Shown piece after piece: positions 51,015-61,636 of a stretch of 64,000 nt of DNA (position 1 is its first letter; the number at the start of each line of letters is the position of its first letter). A model generated the notes under the pieces. The model did not search any database. It was given only the letters and a program-made list of their open reading frames with translations, and was not told the origin of the DNA. A program made the position numbers and the translations under genes. Source of the stretch: an uncultured Alphaproteobacteria bacterium (GTDB taxonomy: Bacteria > Pseudomonadota > Alphaproteobacteria > MPNO01 > DASWLB01); assembly GCA_963826605.1 (NCBI GenBank), contig CAWGXN010000001.1:1495835-1559834 (forward strand), written 5' to 3'.

Positions 51015-51194
51015 CTAGGCCGCGGCCGGCTGAACCTCGCGCCCGTCATAATGGCCGCAGGCGCCGCAGACGTGGTGCGGCCGCTTCAGCTCGCCGCAGT
51101 TGGGGCATTCGTTGCGCGCCTGCGACGCCACGGCATGGTGGGAGCGCCGCATGTTGCGGCGCGACTTGGAAGTCTTCTTCTTCGGTACAGCCAT
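51015..51194 (-). CDS. rpmF: 50S ribosomal protein L32
   Basis: Reverse-strand translation '[59 protein letters not shown]'. Not in the supplied ORF table. Confidence 0.9.
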   Translation of the reverse strand: MAVPKKKTSKSRRNMRRSHHAVASQARNECPNCGELKRPHHVCGACGHYDGREVQPAAA

Positions 51195-51274
51195 CGGATC
51201 CGTCCGTCAAAAATAGTCAGGGGGTCGGGCGGCCGGCCCCGCCGCGTTCCGGGGCCGCGCAAAGATACGGCATA

Positions 51275-51790
51275 TTAGTGGCTTCGCTTGAGCCGCGCCA
51301 GCGTTTCGAACGGCCGGTTGGCGCCGTCGCCACCCGATTCGGCCCCTTCCATCTCGACGCCCGGGGCGCGCGGATAGGGATCGAGCGACAAGGACAGCTC
51401 CTCGGCCACCGCCTCGCCGATATCGACCATATCACCCTCCAGCGGCTCGATGTCCACCTCACCGGCGTCCACCACCACCTCGCGCCCCTCGGCCCCGGCG
51501 CCGGGATCGTAAAGGATCTCGAACGTGCTCCGCACCGAGGCGGGCACCGGGTCCAGGCTGACGACGCAGGTCTGCACCACCTCGGCCTCCAGCGTGGCGG
51601 CGAGGCGGACAAAGCGCCCGGCGTGGGTGCGGCCCAGCCGGACGGTGGCGGCGAGCCTGCCGATTGCCTGCAGATCGAATCGGCGGGCGAGCGCCGCACG
51701 CTCGGCCTCGTTCGCCTCGATCTCGTACACGCGCTCGGCCGCGCCCAGATCGTCGACCCGCACCGGGCGGGAAAATTCGCCAGCGGTCAT
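51275..51790 (-). CDS. yceD: YceD/DUF177 family protein (23S rRNA accumulation protein)
   Basis: 171 aa, acidic. Conserved position upstream of rpmF-plsX-fabH. Confidence 0.75.
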   Translation of the reverse strand: MTAGEFSRPVRVDDLGAAERVYEIEANEAERAALARRFDLQAIGRLAATVRLGRTHAGRFVRLAATLEAEVVQTCVVSLDPVPASVRSTFEILYDPGAGAEGREVVVDAGEVDIEPLEGDMVDIGEAVAEELSLSLDPYPRAPGVEMEGAESGGDGANRPFETLARLKRSH

Positions 51791-52356
51791 GGCCTCCCTC
51801 CATCGTCCTCGCCGGGAGCGGGCGGCGTGCCGAACGCGACCCTGCCTGCGGCGATTTCGGCCGAATCCGCGGCGGCCAGCGCCGCCGCCTCGCGCCGCAG
51901 GTAGCCGGCCATCGCCTCCACCACCGCGGGCGGCGCCGTGGCGGTGCCGTAGAGGTTGCGCGCGAGCGCCGCGACCAGCCCGCCGCCCCCGGTGGCGAGC
52001 CCCGCCTCGTAGGCGGCGATGCGGCCATAGAGGGCGCGCGCCATCGCCTTGACCCGGCGGCCGACGCCCAGATCGCCCGCCCCCATCTCGCGCAGCGACC
52101 GGTCGAGATCGTCGAACAACCGGTCGGCCAGCGCCTGCGACACGTCGCGCGCCTCCGGCTCACCCTTCAGGCGGCGCAGGACCAGGAACAGGTGCAGGGC
52201 GATCAGCTCGAATCGCCCGTCCAGCGTATCGGGCACGGCAAGGGTGCGGTAGAATTCGGGCCGGCGGGCCTGTGCGACGATGGCGGCATAGGCCGCCTCG
52301 GCCGCCGGCCGGGCGTCGGATCCGCGTCGCAGCAATCGTGTCACGGGGTGGGCCAA
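51787..52356 (-). CDS. ubiquinol-cytochrome c chaperone (Cbp3) domain protein
   Basis: 'RFELIALHLFLVLRRL' and 'AGDLGVGRRVKAMARALYGRIAAY' match the Ubiq_cyt_C_chap family. Confidence 0.65.
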   Translation of the reverse strand: MAHPVTRLLRRGSDARPAAEAAYAAIVAQARRPEFYRTLAVPDTLDGRFELIALHLFLVLRRLKGEPEARDVSQALADRLFDDLDRSLREMGAGDLGVGRRVKAMARALYGRIAAYEAGLATGGGGLVAALARNLYGTATAPPAVVEAMAGYLRREAAALAAADSAEIAAGRVAFGTPPAPGEDDGGRP

Positions 52357-52458
52357 TTGACTCGTCCACAGGGCTTCGGCAAGTTCCGACTAGATGGCAA
52401 GGGGCGCCGCCGCCGTCAATCGGCGTGTGCCCCGCGGGGCGTAGCGCTGGAGGTGCGT

Positions 52459-52929
52459 ATGGTGGCGACGAAGCGGGATGGCGGGATGAGGATGCGCAAG
52501 GCGTTGTTCGCGGTGGCGCTGGCGGGGCTTGTGGCCGGCTGCGCAAGCGAGCCGGACACGCACGGCGTCCTGCCCGACAAGGGGCTGATCTCCGAGATCA
52601 AGCCGGGCGTCACCACTCGGGCGGACGTGCAGCGCCTGCTGGGCACCCCCTCCACCGTCGCCGCCTTCGACAAGGAGACTTGGTACTATGTCGGCGAGCG
52701 GACCGAGCAGGTGGCATTCTTCAAGCCCGACGTGCTGGAGCACAAGGTGCTGGTGGTCCGGTTCGACAAGGAAGGCAAGGTCGAGAACGTGCACGACGTC
52801 GACGCCACCAAGGCGCCCGACGTCGAGTTCGTCGACCGGGTGACGCCGACCCGCGGGCGCGAGCTGACCATCCTGCAGCAGCTCATCGGCAATGTGGGCC
52901 GCTTCAACAACAAGGGCAGCGGCAGCTAG
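52459..52929 (+). CDS. bamE: outer membrane protein assembly factor BamE (SmpA/OmlA lipoprotein)
   Basis: Lipobox 'LVAGCAS'. 'GLISEIKPGVTTRADVQRLLGTPS' BamE fold. Alternative start at 52489. Confidence 0.8.
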   Translation: MVATKRDGGMRMRKALFAVALAGLVAGCASEPDTHGVLPDKGLISEIKPGVTTRADVQRLLGTPSTVAAFDKETWYYVGERTEQVAFFKPDVLEHKVLVVRFDKEGKVENVHDVDATKAPDVEFVDRVTPTRGRELTILQQLIGNVGRFNNKGSGS

Positions 52930-52956
52930 CGTCGCCGCCCGCCCGGGGGAGAGGGA

Positions 52957-53934
52957 ATGAAGCTCGCGACGCTGCGCTCCGCACGGCCCGACGGCGAACT
53001 CGTCGTCGTGTCGCGCGACCTCGCGCGGATGACGCGGGCCGCCGACATCGCCCCCACCCTGCAGGCCGCTCTCGATGACTGGTCCGCGATCCGGCCACGC
53101 CTCGCCGAACGCTACGAGGCGCTGATGGCAGGCCAGGCGCCGGCCGAGCCGTTCGACCCGGCGCTTGCCCACTCGCCCCTGCCCCGCGCCTACCAGTGGT
53201 GCGACGGCAGCGTCTATATCGCGCACACCGAGCGCATGTCGAAATGGATCAAGAAGGAGGTCGATCCGCGCTACACCACCGAGCCCTGGATGTACCAGGG
53301 CGCCTCGGACGGGTTCCTGGCGCCGCGCGACGACATTCCGGCGGTCGACGAGGCATGGGGCATCGACTACGAGGGCGAGATCGCGGTCATCACCGACGCC
53401 GTGCCCTACGGCGTGCCGGTCGCCCAGGCGGGCGCGCATGTCGCGCTGGTGATGCTCGCCAACGACGTGTCGCTGCGCAATTTGATGGCCGCCGAGCTGT
53501 CGAAAGGATTCGGCTTCGTCCAGACCAAGCCCGCCAGCGCGTTCTCGCCGGTCTGCGCGACGCCCGACGAATTGGGCGCGGCATGGCGCGACAGCCGGCT
53601 GCATTTGCCGCTGAGAAGCTGGGTCAATGGCAAGCGGTTCGGCGATCCGGACGCGGGCGAAATGGTGCACGGCTTCGACCGGCTGATCGCCCACACCGCC
53701 AAGACCCGCGCGCTGTCGGCCGGCTCGATCATCGGCTCGGGCACGGTGGCGAGCCGCGACCCCAAGCGCGGCGTGAGCTGCCTGCAGGAGCAGCGCGTGA
53801 TCGAGGCGCTGGAGTTCGGCGAGGCGAAGACACCCTTCCTGCACTTCGGCGACCGGGTGCGGATCGAGATGCTCGACGAGGCCGGCCAGTCCGTCTTCGG
53901 CGCCATCGAACAGACGGTCGTCAAGGCCGGCTGA
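52957..53934 (+). CDS. fumarylacetoacetate hydrolase (FAH) family protein
   Basis: 325-aa intact ORF. 'WGIDYEGEIAVI' and 'SIIGSGTVAS' FAH-fold motifs. Confidence 0.8.
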   Translation: MKLATLRSARPDGELVVVSRDLARMTRAADIAPTLQAALDDWSAIRPRLAERYEALMAGQAPAEPFDPALAHSPLPRAYQWCDGSVYIAHTERMSKWIKKEVDPRYTTEPWMYQGASDGFLAPRDDIPAVDEAWGIDYEGEIAVITDAVPYGVPVAQAGAHVALVMLANDVSLRNLMAAELSKGFGFVQTKPASAFSPVCATPDELGAAWRDSRLHLPLRSWVNGKRFGDPDAGEMVHGFDRLIAHTAKTRALSAGSIIGSGTVASRDPKRGVSCLQEQRVIEALEFGEAKTPFLHFGDRVRIEMLDEAGQSVFGAIEQTVVKAG

Positions 53935-53944
53935 GCGACCGTCC

Positions 53945-53984
53945 GCCCTGAGGAGGCGCCAACGGCGTCGTCTCGAAGGGCGAG
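53945..53984. repeat. REP-like unit 'gccctgaggag-N13-gtctcgaagggcgag' between convergent genes
   Basis: Matches the units at 16611-16712. Confidence 0.7.
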
Positions 53985-53995
53985 CGCGCCGGGTC

Positions 53996-54505
53996 CTACT
54001 CCCCCGGAAGCTGCCACGTATCGTAATACAGCTGGTCGATGTCGACCGCGGTGCCATGGCCGCGCGGCGGGCCCTTGGGCATGTCCTTCGCGCCGGGATA
54101 GCCCTCGAGGCAGAACAGCTCGATCACGTTGCCCGACGGGTCGCGGAAGAACATCAGCGACTCGACGCCCATGCGCGTCCACAGGTTGGAAGTCGGCACG
54201 CCACAGCGCGCGAGCCACTCGCGCATCTGGGCCATTTCGTCCGCATTCACGTAGAACGCGAAGTGCGGGTACTCGGTCGAGCGGGTGATGAAGGTGCAGC
54301 CCTCGGTGCCGATGCCGACGTCGACGCCGGCGATCTTGAACGAGGCGAAGGTCGGGGTGTCGACGTGGATCTCGCCGCCCAGCACCTTCGTGTAGAACTT
54401 CTTGCCTTCCTCCAGGTCGCGGCAGGGCACGCTCAGATGGGCGAACTCGCGCAGCCTGGGGGGACCTGCGACGCGCGACCGGGTCTGGGTTTCCGCCTGT
54501 GCCAT
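53996..54505 (-). CDS. VOC (glyoxalase/bleomycin-resistance/dioxygenase) family protein
   Basis: 'HLSVPCRDLEEGKKFYTKVLGGEI' and 'DPSGNVIELF' beta-alpha-beta-beta-beta module. Confidence 0.7.
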   Translation of the reverse strand: MAQAETQTRSRVAGPPRLREFAHLSVPCRDLEEGKKFYTKVLGGEIHVDTPTFASFKIAGVDVGIGTEGCTFITRSTEYPHFAFYVNADEMAQMREWLARCGVPTSNLWTRMGVESLMFFRDPSGNVIELFCLEGYPGAKDMPKGPPRGHGTAVDIDQLYYDTWQLPGE

Positions 54506-54587
54506 GAGGGCTGCCTCCCGTCTCAAGGACCGAGGCGGGAATGCTACTCCGAACGCGGCGGTACGGGAAAGGGGCTCGGCGGCGCGC

Positions 54588-55148
54588 TCAGCGGCACTGG
54601 TAGCCGTAGCGCGTACCCGTGTGGCCCGGCAGGGTCACCTCGATATGGTGCAGGTTCATGTCGTAGCTGACCAGGTGGATCGGGATGGTGGTCCCGTTGG
54701 CCGCGCGCGCCTCGACCGTGTCGCCCGAGATGCGGTAGGTCACCTGGCGCTGGCTGGGCGAGGCGCCCAGCGTCTTGAGCCAGCCATCCTCGATGACCAG
54801 CGCGTCGATGCAGCTTGTCGGGATGTACTCGTCGTTCACCCGGCGCGGCTTCGTGTCGAGGGTCCAGCGGCCCAGCAGGAAGGGCGGCACGTCCTTGTGC
54901 CACGAGCCGTAGCCGTAGGCCTCGCTATACGCCGCCATGTAGGCGGCGAAGCCCTTGGTGGTGCGGAGCTGTTCCAGGTAGCGCGCGAAATCGGTGCGCG
55001 CCAGGGTGGCGTCGCGCCGGGCGAGCTGGTGGTCCTCGACGTTGAGGAAGAACACGTAGGCCCCCATCGCGAGGATCAGCAGCACCGCCCCGACGAGGTT
55101 GTAGCGGACCTTGCGCGAGCCGAGGCCGTATTTGATCGCACCCATGGC
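54588..55148 (-). CDS. hypothetical membrane-anchored protein (186 aa)
   Basis: Single N-terminal TM 'LVGAVLLILAMGAYVFFL'. No recognisable domain. Confidence 0.5.
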   Translation of the reverse strand, partial: AMGAIKYGLGSRKVRYNLVGAVLLILAMGAYVFFLNVEDHQLARRDATLARTDFARYLEQLRTTKGFAAYMAAYSEAYGYGSWHKDVPPFLLGRWTLDTKPRRVNDEYIPTSCIDALVIEDGWLKTLGASPSQRQVTYRISGDTVEARAANGTTIPIHLVSYDMNLHHIEVTLPGHTGTRYGYQCR

Positions 55149-55454
55149 GGCGATCGCTCCTTTCGAGAATGCTGCGCCGGCCGGCCGCCCCTCCCGCACC
55201 GGCCGCCGTCGCTGGGAGACAGGTACAAACACAGCCCGGCCGTGGCAAGGCAGGCGCGGCGCTTCGCCGCACGAAGCGGCCGGAACCGTGGGCGTGAGCC
55301 GGTTGGCACAGGCTTCCGGCGGGTGTATTGCAGGGGCCCTCGCACGGTTTTCCAGCCAGTCGGAGCCACGCGCGCCGCGCGCACAGCGGGTGCGCAAGCT
55401 GCGTCGGCCCCGGCTGGCGAGACGATGCCTCCTCGGCACCCGCGGTGAAAAAGA

Positions 55455-57198
55455 ATGGCACGCTCTCCCAACGCCGACCGCCGCACGGTCGGCCTCGTCA
55501 CGCTTTGCATCATGTCCATCGTCGTGGGGGCGGTGACGGGGCTGGGCGCGATCGCGCTCCGCGCCTTGATCGGGCTGATCCACAACTTCGCCTTCCTCGG
55601 CACGTATTCCTGGTACTACGACGCGAACGAGCACACGCCGCCCTCGGTGTGGGGACCGTGGATCATCCTGGCGCCCGTCATCGGCGGGCTGATCGTGGTG
55701 TTCCTGGTGCGCCAGTTCGCACCCGAGGCGCGCGGCCACGGCGTGCCCGAGGTGATGGACGCGATCTTCTACAAGGGCGGGCGCATCCGCGCCGTCGTGG
55801 TGGTGATCAAGTCGCTGGCCTCGGCCCTGTCGATCGGCAGCGGCGCCTCGGTCGGGCGCGAGGGCCCGATCATCCAGATCGGCAGCGGCATCGGCTCGAC
55901 GCTGGGCCAGCTCGGACGGCTGCCCACCTGGCAGACCGTGACGCTGGTCGCGGCCGGCGCGGGCGCGGGCATCGCCGCCACGTTCAACACGCCGCTCGGG
56001 GGCGTGATGTTCGCCATCGAGCTGATGCTGCCCGAGCTTTCGGCGCGCACCTTCCTGCCCGTCGTGCTGGCGACGGGCACCGCCACCTATCTCGGCCGCA
56101 TCTTCTTCGGGGTCGAGCCGGCCTTCCTCGCGCCCAGCCACGTGCTGTCCAACATGCTGGTGCCGACCTCGGCCGAGTTCCTGCCGATCTACGTGGTGCT
56201 CGGGCTGATCTGCGGCCTCGCCTCGGCGCTGTTCGTCTGGTTCCTCCATTTCATGGAGGACCTGTTCGAAGTCGATGCCGGGCAACGACTACACGCGCAA
56301 CATCATCGGCATGACCTCGCTGGGCGCGCTGTTCTACGGCATGTTCGTGCTGTTCGGGCACTACCACGTCGAGGGCGTCGGCTACGCGACGATCCAGCAG
56401 GTCCTGTCGGGCGAGATGAATACGGCGTGGCTGCTGCTGCTTCTCTGCGTCGCCAAGCTGCTCGCCACCTGCCTCAGCCTGGGGTCGGGCTCGTCCGGCG
56501 GCATCTTCTCGCCGTCGCTGTTCATCGGCGCGACTTTGGGCGGCTGGTTCGGCGTGCTGTCGGGCGAGATGTGGCCCAATCTCGGCCTCGGCCCGGTGCC
56601 GTTCGCCATCATCGGCATGGCCGGCATGGTCGGCGGGGGCACCGGCGCGGCGATGACCGCGATCCTGATGATCTTCGAGATGACGCGCGACTACGCCATC
56701 ACCGTGCCCGCGATCATCGCCGTCGCCTCGGCGATCGGGCTGCGGCGCGTCATCATGCGCGAGAACATCTACACGATGAAGCTCGCCCGGCGCGGCCACT
56801 GGATCCCGCGCGAGCGCCATTCGCACATGTTCCTGATCCGCCATACCAAGGACGTGATGGTCCCGGTGACCGGGGTGGTCGCGGTCGAGGACCTGGCCGA
56901 GCACCGGCCGGAGACCGGCGTCGCCGGCGGGCCGGCCGGGTTCCGCGTGGTCGCCATGGGGCGGCGCATCGCCGGCATCGTCCCGGAAGGCGACCAGTGG
57001 AAGGGCGCGCTGTTCACCCACTACATCGTGGTGCGCGACGACGACTTCCTGCAGGCGGTGATGCAGCGCATGGGCAAGCGCACCCGCAAGGTGGCGCTGG
57101 TCGTGCACGGGCGCGGCGTGCCTCGGCCCGAACGCGTGATCGGCGTCATCACAAGGCGCGAGATCGGCGAGGCGATCATGTCCGACTTCATGCGCTGA
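55455..57198 (+). CDS. ClC family voltage-gated chloride channel with C-terminal CBS pair (one frameshift near 56270)
   Basis: 'GSGASVGREGP' and 'GIFSPSLFIGA' selectivity-filter motifs. The N-terminal half is in frame 0 and the C-terminal half in frame 1. Confidence 0.8.
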
Positions 57199-57213
57199 GC
57201 GCGCGTGCCGCGC

Positions 57214-57591
57214 TCAGCCCAGCGCGACATAGGCCACCAGCAGGGCGAGCCCGCAGATCGCGACGGTCGCATGCGCCGCGGCGACCAACCCGCCGAGCCG
57301 GCGCTTGCGGGCGATCCGCCACGCGGCGAGAGCACCCACCGGCGCTGCGAGGAAGAACAGGGCGAGCGCGATCGCGCCGAACGATTCGCTGCCCGTCGCG
57401 ATCCCGCGAACCGGCCCCGTCGCCAGCGCGCCGGCCAGCAGCGCCGCAGCCCCGATTCCGGCCGCCCCGTGGGCGCGCACCCAGCGTGCGGCGGGCCTGC
57501 GCGCTCCCTCGCTGTCGAGCAGCACAAACCCCATCGCGGCGCCGGCGACGGCGGCCGCGAGCGCGATGCCCATCGCGATGTAGAGCAGCAT
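57214..57591 (-). CDS. hypothetical small membrane protein (125 aa)
   Basis: Four Ala/Gly-rich hydrophobic segments. No similarity recognised. Confidence 0.4.
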   Translation of the reverse strand: MLLYIAMGIALAAAVAGAAMGFVLLDSEGARRPAARWVRAHGAAGIGAAALLAGALATGPVRGIATGSESFGAIALALFFLAAPVGALAAWRIARKRRLGGLVAAAHATVAICGLALLVAYVALG

Positions 57592-57643
57592 CGTGCCGAT
57601 CCTGAACCTCGCCCCCGGCGCGCAACCGGCGGATAATGGCCCG

Positions 57644-58930
57644 ATGAGCCAGGCAAAGGAAACGTCCGTCGCGGGGGTGCGCGCGACCGTCGCGGCGCTG
57701 CCCCGCGCGGTGCGGCTGCTGCTCGCGGCACGCCTCGCCCGCAGCCTGGGCCAGGGCGCGCTGGTGGTGGATTTCTCGCTCTATCTTCACGCGCTCGGCT
57801 GGTCGAGCGCGGGAATCGGCTCTGTGCTGACCGCAGGGCTGGTGGTGGGCGCGACGCTCACCCTCCTGGTCGGGCCGTTCAGCGACCGCATCGGGCGCAA
57901 GCGCTTCCTGCTGTTCTACGAGGCGGCGCAGATCGTCGCCGCGATGGCGGCCTGGGCCACCGCGCAGCCCGTCGTGCTGGTCGCCGCCGCCATCGTCGGG
58001 GCGTACGGTCGCGGCGGCAACGGCTCGGCGGGCCCTTTCGGGCCGGTCGAGCAGGCCTGGATGACCACCTGGGTGCGCCGCCGCGACCGCGGCAACATCT
58101 TCAGCGTCAACAACGCCGTCGGGTTCTTCGGCATGACGCTGGGCGCGCTGGTCGCCATGCTGCCCGGCGTGATGGCGGGCACGCATCTTGCGGCGGCGGA
58201 TTTCCGGCCGCTGTTCCTGGTGGTCGCGGCGGGATCGGTCGTCTGCCTCGTCTGCATCGGGCGCATCGCCGAGGACCCGGCGATCCGCGCACGCGCCGCA
58301 GAGGCCGCCGAAGTGCCGGCCGTCGAAGCCGAGGCCGCGGCAGCGGCCGACGCGGCGCTGACGCGCGACGAGAACCGCGACCTTCTGCGCCTGGTGCTGG
58401 TCAACGGTCTCAGCGGCGTCGGGATGGGCCTGACCGGCCCGCTGATCGCCTACTGGTTCGCGCTGCGCTACGGCAAGGGGCCGGAGCTGATCGGTCCCAT
58501 GATGGCGCTGTCCTTCGCGCTCGCCTCCGCGGCGGCGCTCTACGCCGGCCGGCTTTCGATGCGACTGGGCATGGTGCGCGCCGTGGTGCTGATGCGCCTG
58601 GTCGGGCTGGTGCTGATGGTCGCGATGCCGCTGATGCCGAGCTTCGGGCTGGCCGCAGCGATCTACGTGGCGCGCGCCGTCTTCCAGCGCGGCTCGATCG
58701 GCGCCCGCCAGGCGGTGGGGGTGAGCCTGGTGCGCGCCCCCCGACGCGGCCTCGCCGCCAGCCTCAACAACGCCTCCCAGCAATTCCCCCGCGCCGTCGG
58801 GCCGCTGTTCGGCGGGCTGATGTTCGACGCGGGGATGCTGATCGCGCCGTTCCTGATCGGCGCGGCGATCCAGGCCGCACATCTTTATCTCTATGACCGG
58901 ATGTTCCGGCGGGTGGACCACCTCCCCTAG
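57644..58930 (+). CDS. MFS transporter
   Basis: 'GPFSDRIGRKRFL' MFS motif A. About 428 aa. Confidence 0.75.
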   Translation: MSQAKETSVAGVRATVAALPRAVRLLLAARLARSLGQGALVVDFSLYLHALGWSSAGIGSVLTAGLVVGATLTLLVGPFSDRIGRKRFLLFYEAAQIVAAMAAWATAQPVVLVAAAIVGAYGRGGNGSAGPFGPVEQAWMTTWVRRRDRGNIFSVNNAVGFFGMTLGALVAMLPGVMAGTHLAAADFRPLFLVVAAGSVVCLVCIGRIAEDPAIRARAAEAAEVPAVEAEAAAAADAALTRDENRDLLRLVLVNGLSGVGMGLTGPLIAYWFALRYGKGPELIGPMMALSFALASAAALYAGRLSMRLGMVRAVVLMRLVGLVLMVAMPLMPSFGLAAAIYVARAVFQRGSIGARQAVGVSLVRAPRRGLAASLNNASQQFPRAVGPLFGGLMFDAGMLIAPFLIGAAIQAAHLYLYDRMFRRVDHLP

Positions 58931-58969
58931 CCGCCGCTATGCTCGGGCGCCAGTGCAAGGGAGGAAACG

Positions 58970-60157
58970 ATGGCGCTCGACGACCGCATCTACGCCACGC
59001 ATGTCGGCAGCCTGGTGCGTCCCAAGGAGCTGATCCCGTTTCTCGAGGCGGGCCAGGACCGCAACGCGACCGACCCGGCGGCGTTCGACGCGGCGCTGCG
59101 CGCGGCGGTGATCGACGTGGTTCGCCGCCAGGCCGACGCCGGCATCGACATCGTCTCCGACGGCGAGTACGGCAAAGCCGTGAACTGGGCGTTCTACGTG
59201 CATTCGCGCCTGGGCGGACTGACCCGCCGGCCGATGACCGAGGCGGAAAAGGCCGACCCGCTGGTCCAGGCGATGGGCGGGCGCGACCGCGACTCCTTCC
59301 CCGAGTTCTATTCCGAGTATGACGCGCGCGTCCTGAAGAACGCCTCGGCGCCGGTGCGCCCGGTGGTGTCGGGGCCGCTCACCTATACCGGCCTCTCCCA
59401 GCTCCAGCGCGACATCGACAACCTGAAGGCGGGGCTCGGCCAAGTGAAGGTCACCGGTGCGTTCCTGCCCGTGGTCGCGCCCGCCTCCGCCCTGCCGAAC
59501 GCCAAGAACGAGCACTACAAGGACGAGGAGAGCTTCCTGTTCGCCCTCGCCGACGCGCTGGCCGTGGAATACAAGGCGATCGTCGACGCCGGCCTCTACC
59601 TCCAGGTCGACGACGCGTTCTTCCCCTACATGTACGAGAAGATGGTCCCGCCGATGACCATGGCCCAGTACCGCGCCTGGGCCGAGCTGCGCATCGCCGC
59701 ACTCAACCGCGCGCTCGAGGGGCTGCCGGCGGAGCGCACGCGCTATCACATCTGCTGGGGAAGCTGGAACGGCCCGCACATCCACGACGTCGAGCTGAAG
59801 GACATCGTCGACATCGTGACCAAGGTGAAGGTCGGCACCTATTCGTTCGAGGCGGCCAACCCGCGCCACGAGCACGAGTGGAAGGTGTGGAAGAACGTCA
59901 AGCTTGCGCCCGGCCAGAAGCTGATGCCCGGCGTCATCAGCCACGCCACCAACGTGGTCGAGCACCCCGAGCTGGTGGCCGAGCGGCTGGAGCGCTTCGC
60001 CGGCATCGTCGGGCGCGAGAACGTGATGGCCGGCACCGATTGCGGATTCTCGCAGAGCCCGCTGGCGGGCCGCGTGCACTACACCATCATGTGGGCCAAG
60101 CTGCGCGCGCTCGCCGAGGGTGCGCGCCTCGCCACCAAGGCGCTGTGGGGAAAGTAG
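58970..60157 (+). CDS. cobalamin-independent methionine synthase (MetE) C-terminal-domain-like / UROD-fold protein
   Basis: 395-aa intact ORF. 'ICWGSWNGPH' and 'GTDCGFS' zinc-ligand region typical of MetE-C-like single-domain proteins. Confidence 0.65.
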   Translation: MALDDRIYATHVGSLVRPKELIPFLEAGQDRNATDPAAFDAALRAAVIDVVRRQADAGIDIVSDGEYGKAVNWAFYVHSRLGGLTRRPMTEAEKADPLVQAMGGRDRDSFPEFYSEYDARVLKNASAPVRPVVSGPLTYTGLSQLQRDIDNLKAGLGQVKVTGAFLPVVAPASALPNAKNEHYKDEESFLFALADALAVEYKAIVDAGLYLQVDDAFFPYMYEKMVPPMTMAQYRAWAELRIAALNRALEGLPAERTRYHICWGSWNGPHIHDVELKDIVDIVTKVKVGTYSFEAANPRHEHEWKVWKNVKLAPGQKLMPGVISHATNVVEHPELVAERLERFAGIVGRENVMAGTDCGFSQSPLAGRVHYTIMWAKLRALAEGARLATKALWGK

Positions 60158-60202
60158 CGGCGGGGCGCGGCGGCCCCGGCATCGCGCCGGGGCCTCCGTC
60201 CG

Positions 60203-61486
60203 CTACGCGCCCGGCGAACGCTCGCCGACGAAGTCGACCAGCTCCTTCCGCGTCGTCTCCTTGGCGAAGAACATGAAGAGCGGCGCGATCAGGAGGAACG
60301 ACAGGGCGAGCACCGGAAGACCGGCCGCGATCGACGCCCTGGTGGCGATGATGCCCATGATCATCGGCGCCGTGGACGCCGTGGCAAGCCCGATGAAGAA
60401 CGCGGCGCCCACCGCCGTGCCGCGGATCTGCGTCGGGAACAGCTCGGTCGTGTAGCCGAGCCCGGTGCCGAACGAGCCGGTGATCAGGAAGTTGGTCGCG
60501 AGCCCCACCCACAAGAGGCTCGACGGGCTCGAAATGTGGCCCATCACGACCAGCAGGATCGCCGCCGGGGTGACGAACAGCGGGATCACCCAGCGCCGAC
60601 CGAAATGGTCGCACAGCCAGCCGCAGATCCAGTAGGCGAGGATCGCCGCCGCCATCCAGATCGACAGGTAGCTCGCCATCGTCTTGAAGCCGAGATGCTT
60701 CTCGACCGCGAGATATTGCGGCATCCAGGCCGACCAGCCGACCCAGGTGAACAGGTAGAAGAAGTAGACCAGCGTGCCCACCACCATCTCGCGCGGGTAG
60801 CGGCGGATGGGGGTGAGGATGTTGAGCTGCTTCTTGATGCCTTCCCTCACCATCGCGGCGGTGACATGCTCGAAGCGCGGGCTTTCCTTGATGCCCCACG
60901 CCACCCAGAACACCATGAGCGCGGGCAGGATGCCGAGCCAGTAGAGCGGCCGCCAGCCCCACAGCGGCACCACCACCAGGGCGGCGAGCGAGCAGAGGAA
61001 GTAGCCGAACGGATAGCCGCCGACGAGCCCGCCGAGGGCGGTCGCCCGCCACTTGGTGGGCGCGGTCTCGGCCACCATCACCATGCCCACCGGCGTCTCG
61101 CCCGAAAGTGCGATGCGGGTGATCGAGGAGAAGATCAGCAGCGTGATCACCCCGCCCGAGAATCCGGTCAGGCCGGAGAACAGCGAGAAGCCCAGGATCG
61201 ACCAGATAAGCACCGGCTTGCGGCCGTAGATGTCGGCGAGCGCCGGGAAGACGAACGTGCCGATGATTCCGATCCAGCGCGAGATGGTGGTGATCGTCCC
61301 CATCGTCGCCAAGGTCATGTGGAATTCCTTGACGAGCAGCGGCGTGACGATCTGCATCACCGTCATCTCGTAGACGTCGAACGCCCACGCGCAGATGCAG
61401 ATGGCGAGGACGGTGATGTTGTAGCGGTTCCAGCGGTCGGCGCTCGCGGGCACCGGTGCGGCGACGGACGCGGCAGATGTGGCCAT
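60203..61486 (-). CDS. MFS transporter (aromatic acid/H+ symporter-like)
   Basis: 427-aa intact ORF with 12 TM helices. 'ALADIYGRKPVLI'. Confidence 0.8.
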   Translation of the reverse strand: MATSAASVAAPVPASADRWNRYNITVLAICICAWAFDVYEMTVMQIVTPLLVKEFHMTLATMGTITTISRWIGIIGTFVFPALADIYGRKPVLIWSILGFSLFSGLTGFSGGVITLLIFSSITRIALSGETPVGMVMVAETAPTKWRATALGGLVGGYPFGYFLCSLAALVVVPLWGWRPLYWLGILPALMVFWVAWGIKESPRFEHVTAAMVREGIKKQLNILTPIRRYPREMVVGTLVYFFYLFTWVGWSAWMPQYLAVEKHLGFKTMASYLSIWMAAAILAYWICGWLCDHFGRRWVIPLFVTPAAILLVVMGHISSPSSLLWVGLATNFLITGSFGTGLGYTTELFPTQIRGTAVGAAFFIGLATASTAPMIMGIIATRASIAAGLPVLALSFLLIAPLFMFFAKETTRKELVDFVGERSPGA

Positions 61487-61636
61487 CGGGTTCCTCCCCT
61501 GAAAGACCCAAATGCGTCGTGTATTCGTCTAATTTTCCGGCAAGCGTGCGCCCCGCCGGAAAGACTCGTCAAGCGATTATTTGGCGGGGACTTGGGGAGG
61601 AATTGAAGGACGGGCGGGTGGCTATTGGCTGGCCCG

